Origin: an uncultured delta proteobacterium | GTDB lineage: Bacteria; Myxococcota_A; Polyangia; Polyangiales; Polyangiaceae | Direction of reading: 5' to 3' | Length of the DNA: 64,000 nucleotides | Assembly: GCA_963716725.1 (NCBI GenBank) | Contig: CAVQUB010000002.1 | Location: forward strand, 192,001 to 256,000 | In this document: positions 1-10,253 of the stretch, piece after piece | Position numbering within the stretch: position 1 is the first letter of the stretch | How the letters are laid out: each line of letters begins with the position of its first letter | The notes under the pieces: model-generated | What the model was told of the DNA's origin: nothing | What the model saw: only the letters and a program-made list of their open reading frames with translations | Databases searched by the model: none | Position numbers and translations under genes: made by a program

Positions 1-740
1 ACGCTGCCCTGTCGAGCCTCGAGCACTTCCACTCGCTGACCCCCGAGGAGCGCAGCGGCTGCGGAGCCACCGCTCGTCGTGGACAGCACCGCGCCCGAGC
101 TCTGCACGAGCTTTTCTGGAAGCCGCTTCTGCTTCGTCAGCAGCTCCCGCGCTGGGAAGTAGGCTGGGCTCAAGTCGAAATCGGCGCACGGCACGGCGTC
201 CTCGACGATCTCGGGAGAAGCCAGCCAACCCTTCGCATCAACCGCCACTCGAAGCTCTCCGGCTGCGCCATTCGACCAGCGCACGGGCGCGTGACCCTTG
301 GGCACCAAGAACCCGCTCAGGACCCGCGGGCGCGCGAGGAAGATGGAGACCTCGGCCGCTGGCAAGAGCCCGCGCACGAGCACCTCGCCGTCGTCGAAGG
401 TTCCGACGGCCGCCCGAGCAGGTCCGGGGGGCAGACTGATCGCCGTCGGCACGCTCAACACGCTGGCAAACGGCGTCATGCCGTCGTCGAGGCGGAGGGA
501 GCCCCGGCTGCTCCAGGAGCTCGCGCTGAAGCGGCAGGCCGGTGCTTTGGGTTCGACGATCTCGGGCAGCGTGGCGGGAGGAGGAGCCTCGGGAAGCGCC
601 GGCGAGTCCGCCCCGGAGGCGACGGGGATTTCGACCCGAGTAGGAGCCTCCGTCGCGCTCCGCTGCTCGTGCCGCGGGGCACACGCTACGGCCGCCAAGA
701 AGAGCGCGCCGCCGACCTGCCCAATCGACCCAAGTCCCAC
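1..740 (-). CDS. Putative lipoprotein, partial (runs off the window start)
   Basis: My own minus-strand translation from GTG at 740 is open to base 1: VGLGSIGQVGGALFLAAVACAPRHEQ..., with a lipobox-like AVAC and a Pro-rich linker. Not in the ORF track because the stop is outside the window. Confidence 0.55.
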   Translation of the reverse strand, partial: MGLGSIGQVGGALFLAAVACAPRHEQRSATEAPTRVEIPVASGADSPALPEAPPPATLPEIVEPKAPACRFSASSWSSRGSLRLDDGMTPFASVLSVPTAISLPPGPARAAVGTFDDGEVLVRGLLPAAEVSIFLARPRVLSGFLVPKGHAPVRWSNGAAGELRVAVDAKGWLASPEIVEDAVPCADFDLSPAYFPARELLTKQKRLPEKLVQSSGAVLSTTSGGSAAAALLGGQRVEVLEARQGS

Positions 741-873
741 GTCACCACCAGAGTACATCGATGCGCGTCAGACCGCCGAAATGCCAATTCCCACCGGCTC
801 CGAGGACGTCCCTGTCCGTCGCCAGCACTCGAGGCTTGCGCATCTTGCCCCCCGGATGAATATTGCCCGCCCC

Positions 874-1515
874 ATGGCCCTCAAAGCGGTGACCGAGCGA
901 GATTTCGAGCAAGAGGTCCTGGCGTCCGAGCTCCCGGTGTTGCTCGAGTTCGGCGCCGAGTGGTGTGGGCCCTGCAAGGTCGTCGCGCCAGAGCTCGAGG
1001 CGCTCTCGCGCGAGCTGGAGGGCAAGGCCAAGATCGTCACGGTGGACATCGACCGCGCCCCTAACTTGGCGCGCGAAATGGGCGTGCAGTCGGTCCCAAC
1101 CTTCGTGGTCTTTCATCAGGGTCGTCCGGTGAACGGACAGGTGGGCGCGCTCAAGAAGGCGCAGCTGCTCGAGATGCTCGACCCTTTCTTGCCGCGGGCC
1201 GCCGGCGCGCTCAAGCCAGAAGAAGTGGGCGCGCTCTTGGCGAAGCGCCAGGTGAGCGCCGTGGATACCCGCGAAGCAGCTGCCTTTCGCCGGGCACACC
1301 TGCCCGGCGCGATCAACATGCCGCTCGAGGAGATCAACACCCGGCTTGCGGAGCTGCACATGCTGCCCGGCGCGCCGGTGCTCTACTGTCGCAGCGGGGA
1401 CAAGACCAAAGAGCTGGCCCAAGAGCTGGCCGGGCAGGGCGTGCCCGTCAGCTTCCTGGATGGCGGACTCCTGGCCTGGGAGGCGTCCTCGCTGCCCATC
1501 GAGCGTCCGGACTGA
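874..1515 (+). CDS. trxA: Thioredoxin fused to a C-terminal rhodanese domain
   Basis: MALKAVTERDFEQEVL...WCGPC...VQSVPTF thioredoxin fold, then rhodanese motifs DTRE...HLPGA...VLYCRSG...LDGG. Start moved to ATG 874. Confidence 0.9.
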   Translation: MALKAVTERDFEQEVLASELPVLLEFGAEWCGPCKVVAPELEALSRELEGKAKIVTVDIDRAPNLAREMGVQSVPTFVVFHQGRPVNGQVGALKKAQLLEMLDPFLPRAAGALKPEEVGALLAKRQVSAVDTREAAAFRRAHLPGAINMPLEEINTRLAELHMLPGAPVLYCRSGDKTKELAQELAGQGVPVSFLDGGLLAWEASSLPIERPD

Positions 1516-1749
1516 AGACTCAGAGCCTGTGAAAGAATCCCCGCCGCCCACGAAGGAAGGAGCACCGGCAGCGCTTCGGGGTCGCCGGCATGGGGCCGAG
1601 GCGCGCGAGAGACGCTGGGTCGGGTCTGTGCGGAGCCGCGAGCAGCAGTGTCGCGGACTGGGCGCGAGCGCTTCCGACCTGGACGCCTTCCCGCCCGGAG
1701 CTCTACCGCGCTCGAAGGCGAAACGGTCCTGCCAAGCGTCAGTTCCGGA

Positions 1750-1935
1750 CCCACTGCGCTGCCGCTGACAAGGACCTGAGGGGGCGTCCCGTGCACGACC
1801 CTTGGAAGTCCCTGGCGAGGGACGACCCTTGGAAGTCCCTGGCGAGGGACGACCCTTGGAAGTCCCTGGCGAGGGACGACCCTTGGAAGTCCCTGGCGAG
1901 GGACGCCCCTTGGAGGGGGGCGTGCAAGCACCGTC
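1750..1935. repeat. Left arm of the long inverted repeat flanking the HNH gene (contains the 27-bp array)
   Basis: CCCACTGCGCTGCCGCTGACAAGGACCTGAGGGGGCGTCCCGTGCAC...GGGGGGCGTGCAAGCACCGTC matches the reverse complement of 3454-3531 (39/47 over the first block by hand alignment). Confidence 0.8.
1795..1914. repeat. Tandem array: 4 perfect copies plus one partial copy of a 27-bp unit
   Basis: Unit ACGACCCTTGGAAGTCCCTGGCGAGGG at 1795, 1822, 1849 and 1876, partial at 1903. Each repeat carries the hairpin GTCCCT-GGCG-AGGGAC. Confidence 0.95.
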
Positions 1936-2169
1936 CCACGCTCGGCGTCACGAGGGAAAGAGCACCGCATCCCCATTTCTTTCTTGACGCGTTTCCAGGC
2001 GACTCGGGCTCGCACTTCGCCGGGCATGTCACCGAAGGCCTCTCTGTTGCGCGACGAAGCTCGCCCATCGTGTTTCGCTCGAGCGACGACGCGCGACGCG
2101 TTTGGACGCGTGAAACGCGCTCACCGTGTCGGCCGCGAGGCCAAAAAACAGCGTGTTATGCCAGAAAGC

Positions 2170-3453
2170 ATGCACGCTCTCTCTTCGGTCTCCGATCGCG
2201 AGCTTCGCGAGCGCCTCTCCTCCGCCGTGAGCGCCGAGCAGCTGGCTTCTGCCGACGTCATCTTCCACCTGGCGGAGCTCGACCGCCGAAAGCTCTACCT
2301 CGAGGACGCCTGCTCCTCACTCTTCGCGTACTGCGTGGAGCGGCTCGGCTACTCCGAGGACGGCGCGAGCAAGCGAGTCCGTGTCGCCCGCTTGGTTCTG
2401 CGTTTTCCCCAGGCCCTCGACGAGCTCGCGAGCGGCGCCATCCACCTGACCGGACTGTTCCTGCTCTCCGGGCACCTCACGGAAGACAACGCCGATCGAC
2501 TCATCGCCGAGGCTCGCGGCAAGTCGAAGCGGCAGCTCGAGGAGCTGCTCGCTCGGTGGGCGCCCCGGTCCGACGTACCGGCGACCATCACCCCGAGCGG
2601 GCCCGAGCCAGCTCGAGCGGAGTTATCAACAATGTCCGGGACAGGTGGCTCCGAGCTGTCGGCGCCGCCGCCATCGGCGCACCGTCCTCGTGTCGAGCCG
2701 CTCTCGGCCACGAGCTTCCGCGTGGAATTCACCGCCAGTGCCACGCTCCGCGACAAGCTCGAACACGCCCGGAACCTCCTCAGCCACGCCGTGCCGAGCG
2801 GGGATCTCGCGACCCTGATCGAGCGAGCCATCGATCAGCTCATCGCCGTGGAGACGAAGCGCCGCGCGGGCGCGGGCCAGCCACGCAAGCGCCGTGAAAC
2901 TCGCGCCGGCTCGCGCCACGTGCCGGTGGAGGTCCAGCGCGCGGTGCGGGAGCGGGATGGCAACCAGTGCACCTTCGTCGATGCCGAGGGACGCCGCTGC
3001 TCCGAAAATAGACCGTCCGGCCGGGCCGGAGGAGCGCCGTCCGCTGATGCGAACAGTCGCAAGGAGCCATCTCGAGTCAGGACGCTGAACACGAGTGGTT
3101 TCCTGACCATCGAGCACGTCGACCCGTACGCGATGGGAGGACCAACGACAGTGGATAACTGCTGCCTGCTTTGTTCGGCTCACAACGCCCACCGGGCGCG
3201 ACAGGTCTACGGCGAGCAGCACGTCCGGAAGAAGGTCTCGGAGGCTCGCGCGGGCCGGGAAGCGAGCGGTGTGTCTGCGGGGACTGCGGCCGAGCTGAAG
3301 AGCGAAGTGTTCGAGAAGGTGCTGGCGGCTCTGCTTCACTCGGGGTTCAAGCGGCACGAGGCGCGGCGAGCCCTCGAACAGGTGCGCTCGCTCGGAGTCG
3401 AGCCGCAGCTCGAGCCAGTGCTGCGCGGAGCGCTGGCGGTACTCACTCCCTGA
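2170..3453 (+). CDS. HNH endonuclease with DUF222-like N-terminus and RuvA-C-terminal-like tail
   Basis: N-terminal HLAELDRRKLY...SSLFAYCVERLGYSE. HNH region VRERDGNQC...RC...EHVDP...GG...NCCLLCSAHN. Tail ALLHSGFKRHEARRAL. Start is ATG 2170 or ATG 2158. Confidence 0.85.
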   Translation: MHALSSVSDRELRERLSSAVSAEQLASADVIFHLAELDRRKLYLEDACSSLFAYCVERLGYSEDGASKRVRVARLVLRFPQALDELASGAIHLTGLFLLSGHLTEDNADRLIAEARGKSKRQLEELLARWAPRSDVPATITPSGPEPARAELSTMSGTGGSELSAPPPSAHRPRVEPLSATSFRVEFTASATLRDKLEHARNLLSHAVPSGDLATLIERAIDQLIAVETKRRAGAGQPRKRRETRAGSRHVPVEVQRAVRERDGNQCTFVDAEGRRCSENRPSGRAGGAPSADANSRKEPSRVRTLNTSGFLTIEHVDPYAMGGPTTVDNCCLLCSAHNAHRARQVYGEQHVRKKVSEARAGREASGVSAGTAAELKSEVFEKVLAALLHSGFKRHEARRALEQVRSLGVEPQLEPVLRGALAVLTP

Positions 3454-3531
3454 GACGGTTCGTGCACACCCCCGACAAAGGGGGGGTGCACGGGATGCCG
3501 CCTTTGGTCCCGGCAGCGGCAGCGCCGTGGG
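3454..3531. repeat. Right arm of the long inverted repeat, internally palindromic
   Basis: Starts right after the HNH stop codon. Contains the hairpin CGTGCACACCCCC-GACAAA-GGGGGGGTGCACG. Inverted match to 1750-1935. Confidence 0.8.
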
Positions 3532-3561
3532 CACGAATGCCGACGGATAGAAGTGTTCGTG

Positions 3562-4828
3562 ATGAGCTCTTCACACTCAGATCCGAAACGCGGCGCCCGA
3601 CTTCGACAGGCCCATCGTGAGCAACTCGGCTGGGGGCGCATCGATCTGGACGCGCAGGTACCTCACGACCACCCCGTGCGTGCCATCGCCGCGGTGATCG
3701 ACCGCCTGGACCTCTCGAAGCTCTACGCTCGCATCGATGCACGCGACTCGAACCCCGGAGCGCCGGCCATCGACCCCAAGCTCTTGCTCAGCCTGTGGGT
3801 GTACGCCACCAGCGACGGCGAGAACAGCGCTCGGGAGATCCAGCGCCTGACCGAGCTGCACGCCGCCTATCGGTGGCTGTGCGGCGGGGTGAGGCTCAAC
3901 CACCACACGCTCAGCGACTTTCGCAGCCACAACGCCGAGGTGTTCGACGACCTGATCACGCAGGTGCTGGCCTTGCTCATGAGCCACGACCTGGTGGACC
4001 TCATGCGTGTCGCGCAGGACGGCACGCGCGTACGGGCCAGCGCCGGAGCGTGTTCTTTTCGCAAGGGCACCACGCTGGAGGCTCTGCGCCAGGAAGCTCG
4101 TGCACATCTGGCCGCGGTCACGGCAGACACCGAGAGCGGCTCGCGGCGAGCCGCGGCGCAGAAGCGTGCGGCCCAGGATCGCCTGGACCGGCTCGACGCG
4201 GCGCTCGCGCAGTTGCCCGGGGTCACGAAGACCAAGAGCAAGAGCGGCGCCAAGGACCCGACCCCTCGAGTGTCGACGACCAATCCGCAGGCACGGGTGA
4301 TGAAGATGGGCGACGGAGGATTCCGGCCCGCCTACAACGTGCAGCTCGCCACGACCGCCGACGACGCGCGGGTCATCGTCGGTGTCGCCGTCACCCACCG
4401 CGGCAGCGACATGGGCGAATCGACTCCGATGCTCGAGCAGATCGAGAAGCGGACGGGCGTCCGGCCACTAGAGCTCCTCGTCGATGGGGGATACGCGAAG
4501 CATGAAGCCATCGACGAAGCGGCCGCGCGCAACGTCACCGTCTACGCTCCGCTGCCCAAGCCCCGCGACGACGACGGCTCTGACCCTCACCGACCGAGGG
4601 ATACCGACAGCGCAGCCGTTGCCGCCTGGAGACAGCGCATGGCCACCGACGAGGCCAAGCAGAATCTACCGGCAACGGGCCGCGACCGCCGAGTCCGTCC
4701 ACGCGGACGCCAAAACGCACCGCGGGCTCGACTCGCTGACCCTGCGGGGACTCGACAAGGCACTGGCCAGCGTGACGCTCTTCGCGCTCACCTACGACAT
4801 CCTGCGCGCCATCACACTCGGCGTCTGA
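3562..4828 (+). CDS. IS1182-family DDE transposase, +1 frameshift near 4663
   Basis: DHPVRAI...DPKLLLSLWVYA...SAREI...AYRWLCGG...HHTLSDFR, QDGTRVRASA, RPAYNVQ, LVDGGY. The C-terminus (IYRQRAATAESVHA...LRGLDK) continues in another frame after an extra A. Confidence 0.85.
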
Positions 4829-4962
4829 CCCCGCCACCGCTCTGCTTCCGCGCTCGGACCACCCGAATCGCGTCGCGCCCCACGCGCTCCCGCCCTGCGC
4901 CTGGGACTCGCCCTCGCTCGATTTCCCGGCGGCGCACGCTCAACCGATTTCTTCTCACCCTC

Positions 4963-6263
<1,301 letters not shown>

Positions 6264-6267
<4 letters not shown>

Positions 6268-7031
6268 GGCTCGCCCCGCTCCGCCGCGCTCACGATCCTC
6301 ACGACCGCCATCGCAGCGCCGAAGCCGTTGTCGATGTTCACCACGGTCACGCCGGTGGCGCAGCCGGTCAGCATCCCGAACAAAGCCGTCAGTCCCCCCA
6401 GCGCAGCGCCGTAGCCCACCGAAGTGGGCACCGCGATGATGGGCCCGCCGATCAGACCTCCAACGACGCTCGGCAGTGCCCCCTCCATGCCCGCGACGGC
6501 AATCACCGCGGGCGCCTCTCGAAGCGCTGGCAGCTCGCCCAAGAGGCGGTGGATCCCCGCGACGCCCACGTCGAACACGCGCTCGAAGGGCACACCTGCC
6601 ATGCGCAGCGTCTCAGCTGCCTCCTCCGCGACTGGAAGATCGCTGGTGCCGGCGGTCACGATGGGCACCACGCGGCTGGTACGGAGTTTCACTGGGTTGG
6701 TGTCGTGGGTCAGCACGCGGGCCATCGAAGCGTGGCAGAGCTCCGGCACGGCCGCCCGGATCTCGGGCACCTTCTCGGGATCGACGCGGGTCACGAGCAC
6801 GTTCTGCCCTGCGTCGATCAGGCGCCTAGCGATGCCGGCGATCTGTGCGGCCGTCTTGGACTGCCCGAGGACGACTTCGGGCATGCCCATGCGCAGCGCG
6901 CGGTGGTGGTCGACCCGGGCGTAGCCGAGATCGGAAAACGGAAGGTGCTCGAGCTCGCGGAGCGCGGCCGCGACGTCGGTGTCTCCACCGCGCACGCGTT
7001 CGAGGAGCTCCTTCAGACGATCCGGGTTCAT
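6264..7031 (-). CDS. larB: Nickel-pincer cofactor biosynthesis protein LarB (PurE-like)
   Basis: ARVDHHRALRMGMPEVV, AGTSDLPVAEEA, DVGVAGIHRL, AGMEGALPSVV, PTSVGYGA, NIDNGFGAA. Overlaps the larC start by 4 bp. Confidence 0.95.
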
Positions 7032-7120
7032 TGATGCCGGTTAATAGTGCACGACCGATTCCGCGTCGACCTCGGCCGGCGGGTGACGGAGGACACGGGG
7101 CGTGCCATTCTGCGCGGGTC

Positions 7121-7675
7121 GTGCCCGCCCTCGCCGCGCCCTTCGTCGGATTTCTGCTCGGTGCCTTCTTCGCCTGGGTCGCGGCAGACGAGCTGTCGCG
7201 CGACGCATCCATCTCCGCTCGGACCCTGACCGTGGTGTCTTTGTTCGGGCTCTTGGTCTACGCGCCAGTCGCCGGCTACTTCCTCGCCTTTGCACCGGAC
7301 TGGTCCTACGCCTACTGGATCGACAGCCAACGCCTGCCAGGGAGCGTGGACACCGCGTGGGTGCTGCTGGACGCGGCGAGCGTGCCGCTGGGATTTGCTC
7401 GAACCGCGCGCCACGTCCGCGCGAAACGCACCGGGCCGCTTCTGCGGCTGCTCGCCGTGCCGGCCCTCGTCGCCTCGGCGCTCGTCCTTTCGACCCTGCC
7501 CCGGCTCGGTGTCCAGGCCAGCTACGTCCAGTTCCACGGGGACTTCGGCACCCGGCCGGTGGCGGGCAGCCCGCTCGGATACGCGCTCTTGGGCATGACT
7601 CTGATCCTGCTCGCGGGCGCGGCCATCACGGTGATCTGGCTCCGGCGTTCGGGCCAAGCCCTGCGCCGTGATTGA
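7121..7675 (+). CDS. Hypothetical integral membrane protein
   Basis: About five hydrophobic segments, with a PDWSYAYW motif. Start uncertain. Confidence 0.65.
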   Translation: MPALAAPFVGFLLGAFFAWVAADELSRDASISARTLTVVSLFGLLVYAPVAGYFLAFAPDWSYAYWIDSQRLPGSVDTAWVLLDAASVPLGFARTARHVRAKRTGPLLRLLAVPALVASALVLSTLPRLGVQASYVQFHGDFGTRPVAGSPLGYALLGMTLILLAGAAITVIWLRRSGQALRRD

Positions 7676-7713
7676 TTTGCAGCGTGGACCTTGCGACGCT
7701 CCCGCCCGCAGCA

Positions 7714-9075
7714 ATGAACAACGACCGCGACGATCTCCTCGGCTTGGCCTCCAACCTGGTTGAACGCGCCCGCTCCCTCGGCGCCGACTCCGCAGAAGCA
7801 ACCGCCCGCGCCGGCTGGGAGCTCAGCGTCAAGGTGCGCTTGGGCGAGCCGGAGTTGGTCGAAGAGGCAGGACACCGTGGCGTGTCGTTGCGGGTCATCA
7901 GGGGCCAACGCGTGGCGGTCACGTCAACCAGCGATCTCTCGGAAGCTGGGATCGCCCGGTGCGTGAGCGACGCGCTGATGCTGGCTGAGCTCTCGGAGGC
8001 AGACGCCTGCGCCGGACCAGCGGCTCCGGAAGATCTGGCCACGGAGCCGTACCCGGATCTGCAGCTGTACGATCCGTCCGTCGAGACCATCACCGCCGAG
8101 GTGGCGCTGGAGCGCGCGCGGCGCGCAGAGCGAGCGGCAATGGAGTTCGATCCGCGCATCACGCTCAGTGAAGGCGCGACCTTCTCGCGCACCACGGGGG
8201 CTAGCGCGCGGGTGATCTCCAACGGGTTCTCGGGGTTCCAGCGCGGCTCCTACGCGTCCGTGGTCGTGACTCCCGTAGCCGAAGACGAAGGCGGCAAGCG
8301 CCGTCGTGGTTTCCATTGGAGCGCGCGGCGCCACCTCGCCGAGCTCGACCCCGATGAAGAGGTCGGACGAGAAGCAGCGCGGCGAACCCTGGCAAAGCTC
8401 GGCGCTCGCAAGGTCCCGACGGCGGAGGCCGCCGTGATCTTCGATCCCGAGATCGCACGATCCATCGTCGGAACCTTCGCCGGCTGCATTCTGGGCGGCT
8501 CCATCTGGAGGAAGTCGAGTTATCTGGTCGGTCGCGAGGGCACGCCCGTCGCGAGTCCCTTGGTCACGATGGTGGACGACCCGCTGATCGTGCGAGGTCC
8601 CGGCTCTCGCCCCTACGACGGCGAAGGCCTGGCCTCGCGACGCAACGTGGTCGTCCAGGACGGCGTCCTGAAGACCTACCTGCTCGACTCGTACAGCGCG
8701 CGAAAGCTCGGCTCGCGAAGCACCGGCAGCGCGGCCGTCTCCGGCGGATCCATCGGACCGAGCACCTCGAACTTCATCCTCTCTCCGGGCACCTCGACTC
8801 GGGAAGAAATCATCGCCAGCACCGAACGCGGTCTCTACGTGACCGAGATGATGGGCTTCGGCTTCAACGCCATCACCGGCGACTACTCGCGGGGAGCGGT
8901 CGGATTCTGGATCGAAGATGGAAAGCTAGCGTTCCCGGTGAGCGAAGTGACGGTGTCATCGAACCTGAACACCATGCTCGAGAACATCGACGTGATCGGC
9001 AACGACCTCGACCTCAAGACGAGCACCGCCGCACCCACCTTCCGCGTCTCGAAGATGACCATCGCCGGCACCTGA
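7714..9075 (+). CDS. pmbA: TldD/PmbA family metalloprotease subunit, PmbA/TldE-like
   Basis: SRPYDGEG, GVLKTYLLDSYSARKLG, GFNAITGDYSRGAVGFWIEDGK...PVSEVTV. No TldD-type HExxxH motif seen. Confidence 0.88.
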   Translation: MNNDRDDLLGLASNLVERARSLGADSAEATARAGWELSVKVRLGEPELVEEAGHRGVSLRVIRGQRVAVTSTSDLSEAGIARCVSDALMLAELSEADACAGPAAPEDLATEPYPDLQLYDPSVETITAEVALERARRAERAAMEFDPRITLSEGATFSRTTGASARVISNGFSGFQRGSYASVVVTPVAEDEGGKRRRGFHWSARRHLAELDPDEEVGREAARRTLAKLGARKVPTAEAAVIFDPEIARSIVGTFAGCILGGSIWRKSSYLVGREGTPVASPLVTMVDDPLIVRGPGSRPYDGEGLASRRNVVVQDGVLKTYLLDSYSARKLGSRSTGSAAVSGGSIGPSTSNFILSPGTSTREEIIASTERGLYVTEMMGFGFNAITGDYSRGAVGFWIEDGKLAFPVSEVTVSSNLNTMLENIDVIGNDLDLKTSTAAPTFRVSKMTIAGT

Positions 9076-9274
9076 GCCGCGCGCCAGGGACGCGCCTCGG
9101 AGCAAGAATCCCCAGCGCCCACCCGTCGCGGCCTGCGGCGGGCGCTTCCGGTGCGGGTTTCGCCGGGAAAATCGCCGACCGCGGCCCAACGGCCCTGGCC
9201 AACGCCGGCCCAACTGGTAAAGATACAGGCCGCCCCGCGCGCAAGGCTCAGCGGGTGGGCGCATCAAGGTGATC

Positions 9275-10253
9275 ATGACTTCATCCCTCCGACTGGCCTC
9301 CGCGTTCTTGCTCTTCTCCAGCGTCGGTATCTGCGGTTGCAGCTCCGGCGACAGCGGTGGTGGCTCCGGCGGCGGTGCGGGTGGCAGCGGCGGCACCGTC
9401 TCGACCGGCGGCTCGGGCGGTTCCGGGGGCGCAGGCGGAAGCGGCGGAAGCACTTCGTGTTCCGAAGGTCCGGGCTTCCCCTCGAGCGCCCCCCAGCAGC
9501 CGGTCGCAGAGCTCACCGCCACCATTCTGGATCTCGGAGGCGCGCCAGCCGCAAACGTCGGCGTTCAGCTCTGTGGTCTCGATCTCTGCATCAACGGCAG
9601 CACCACCGACCAGGGCGTCGTGTGTTCGGACAAGGGAACGGGCTTCTGCACGCCGGGCCTGACCTCGACGGATAGTTTCAAGCTGCCCGCGTTCAAATAC
9701 GGCGACGGCATCGGGTTCGTGAAGTTCGCGCAGCTCCTGCCTGCGGGCACCACCAAGCACAACGTCGGCACCGTGATGACCGCCAAGCTACCGGATGTCG
9801 CGCAAGGCGTCGCGCTGACGCCCGGCGGGTCCGCGACCAGCAGCGGCGTCGTGCTGACCTTGGCGGCGGGCGCCAAAGATCACTATCGACGAGCTGACCT
9901 TCGACACGCCCGAGCTCCAGAAATTCCGCGCTGCGGAGGTGCCCATCGCCAAGGCTCCGCCGGCCGTAGACAAGAGCGCCGGCTTCGAGATCATCGTGGG
10001 CACGACGCCCATCAACACCGAGCTCTGCCCGCACGGCGGGCTGAGCGTACCGAACACCGCCGGCTGGGCAGCGGACACCGAGGTCGAGTTCTGGCTCCAC
10101 GGCGTGGAGGCGAGCGAAGACAAACTGTGGGCGCCCTACGGGGGCTGGGCCAAGGTCAGCGGGGGCAAGGTGAGCTCCGACGGCAAGAGCGTCGTCACCC
10201 ACGACGGCGAGGGCGTTCCCGTCCTGGGCGTCTTCGGCATCAAGAAGAAGTGA
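9275..10253 (+). CDS. Gly/Ser-linker lipoprotein, frameshift near 9876
   Basis: Signal peptide with ICGC lipobox. An extra A in GCCAAAGATC joins the 9275 frame to the 9939..10253 frame (...GAKITIDELTFDTPELQKFRAAEVP...VFGIKKK). Confidence 0.7.

Larger units (their letters stand above)
1523..4962 (+). mobile_element. IS1182-family element carrying an internal HNH cassette
   Basis: Imperfect terminal IRs GAGCCTGTGAAAGAAT (1523-1538) and ATTTCTTCTCACCCTC (4947-4962), 11/16 match. TCA flanks both ends (1520-1522, 4963-4965). Encloses an IS1182-type transposase. Confidence 0.65.

Noticed and set aside
298..873. Long N-terminal extension of thioredoxin (405-aa ORF)
   Set aside because: Shadow of the minus-strand lipoprotein gene; the thioredoxin fold starts at ATG 874.
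1795..1914. CRISPR array
   Set aside because: The units are contiguous and identical with no unique spacers, and there are no cas genes in the window.
4655..4670. Programmed frameshift in the IS1182 transposase
   Set aside because: No slippery heptamer. A single extra A matches the error pattern elsewhere, and IS1182 transposases are normally one ORF.
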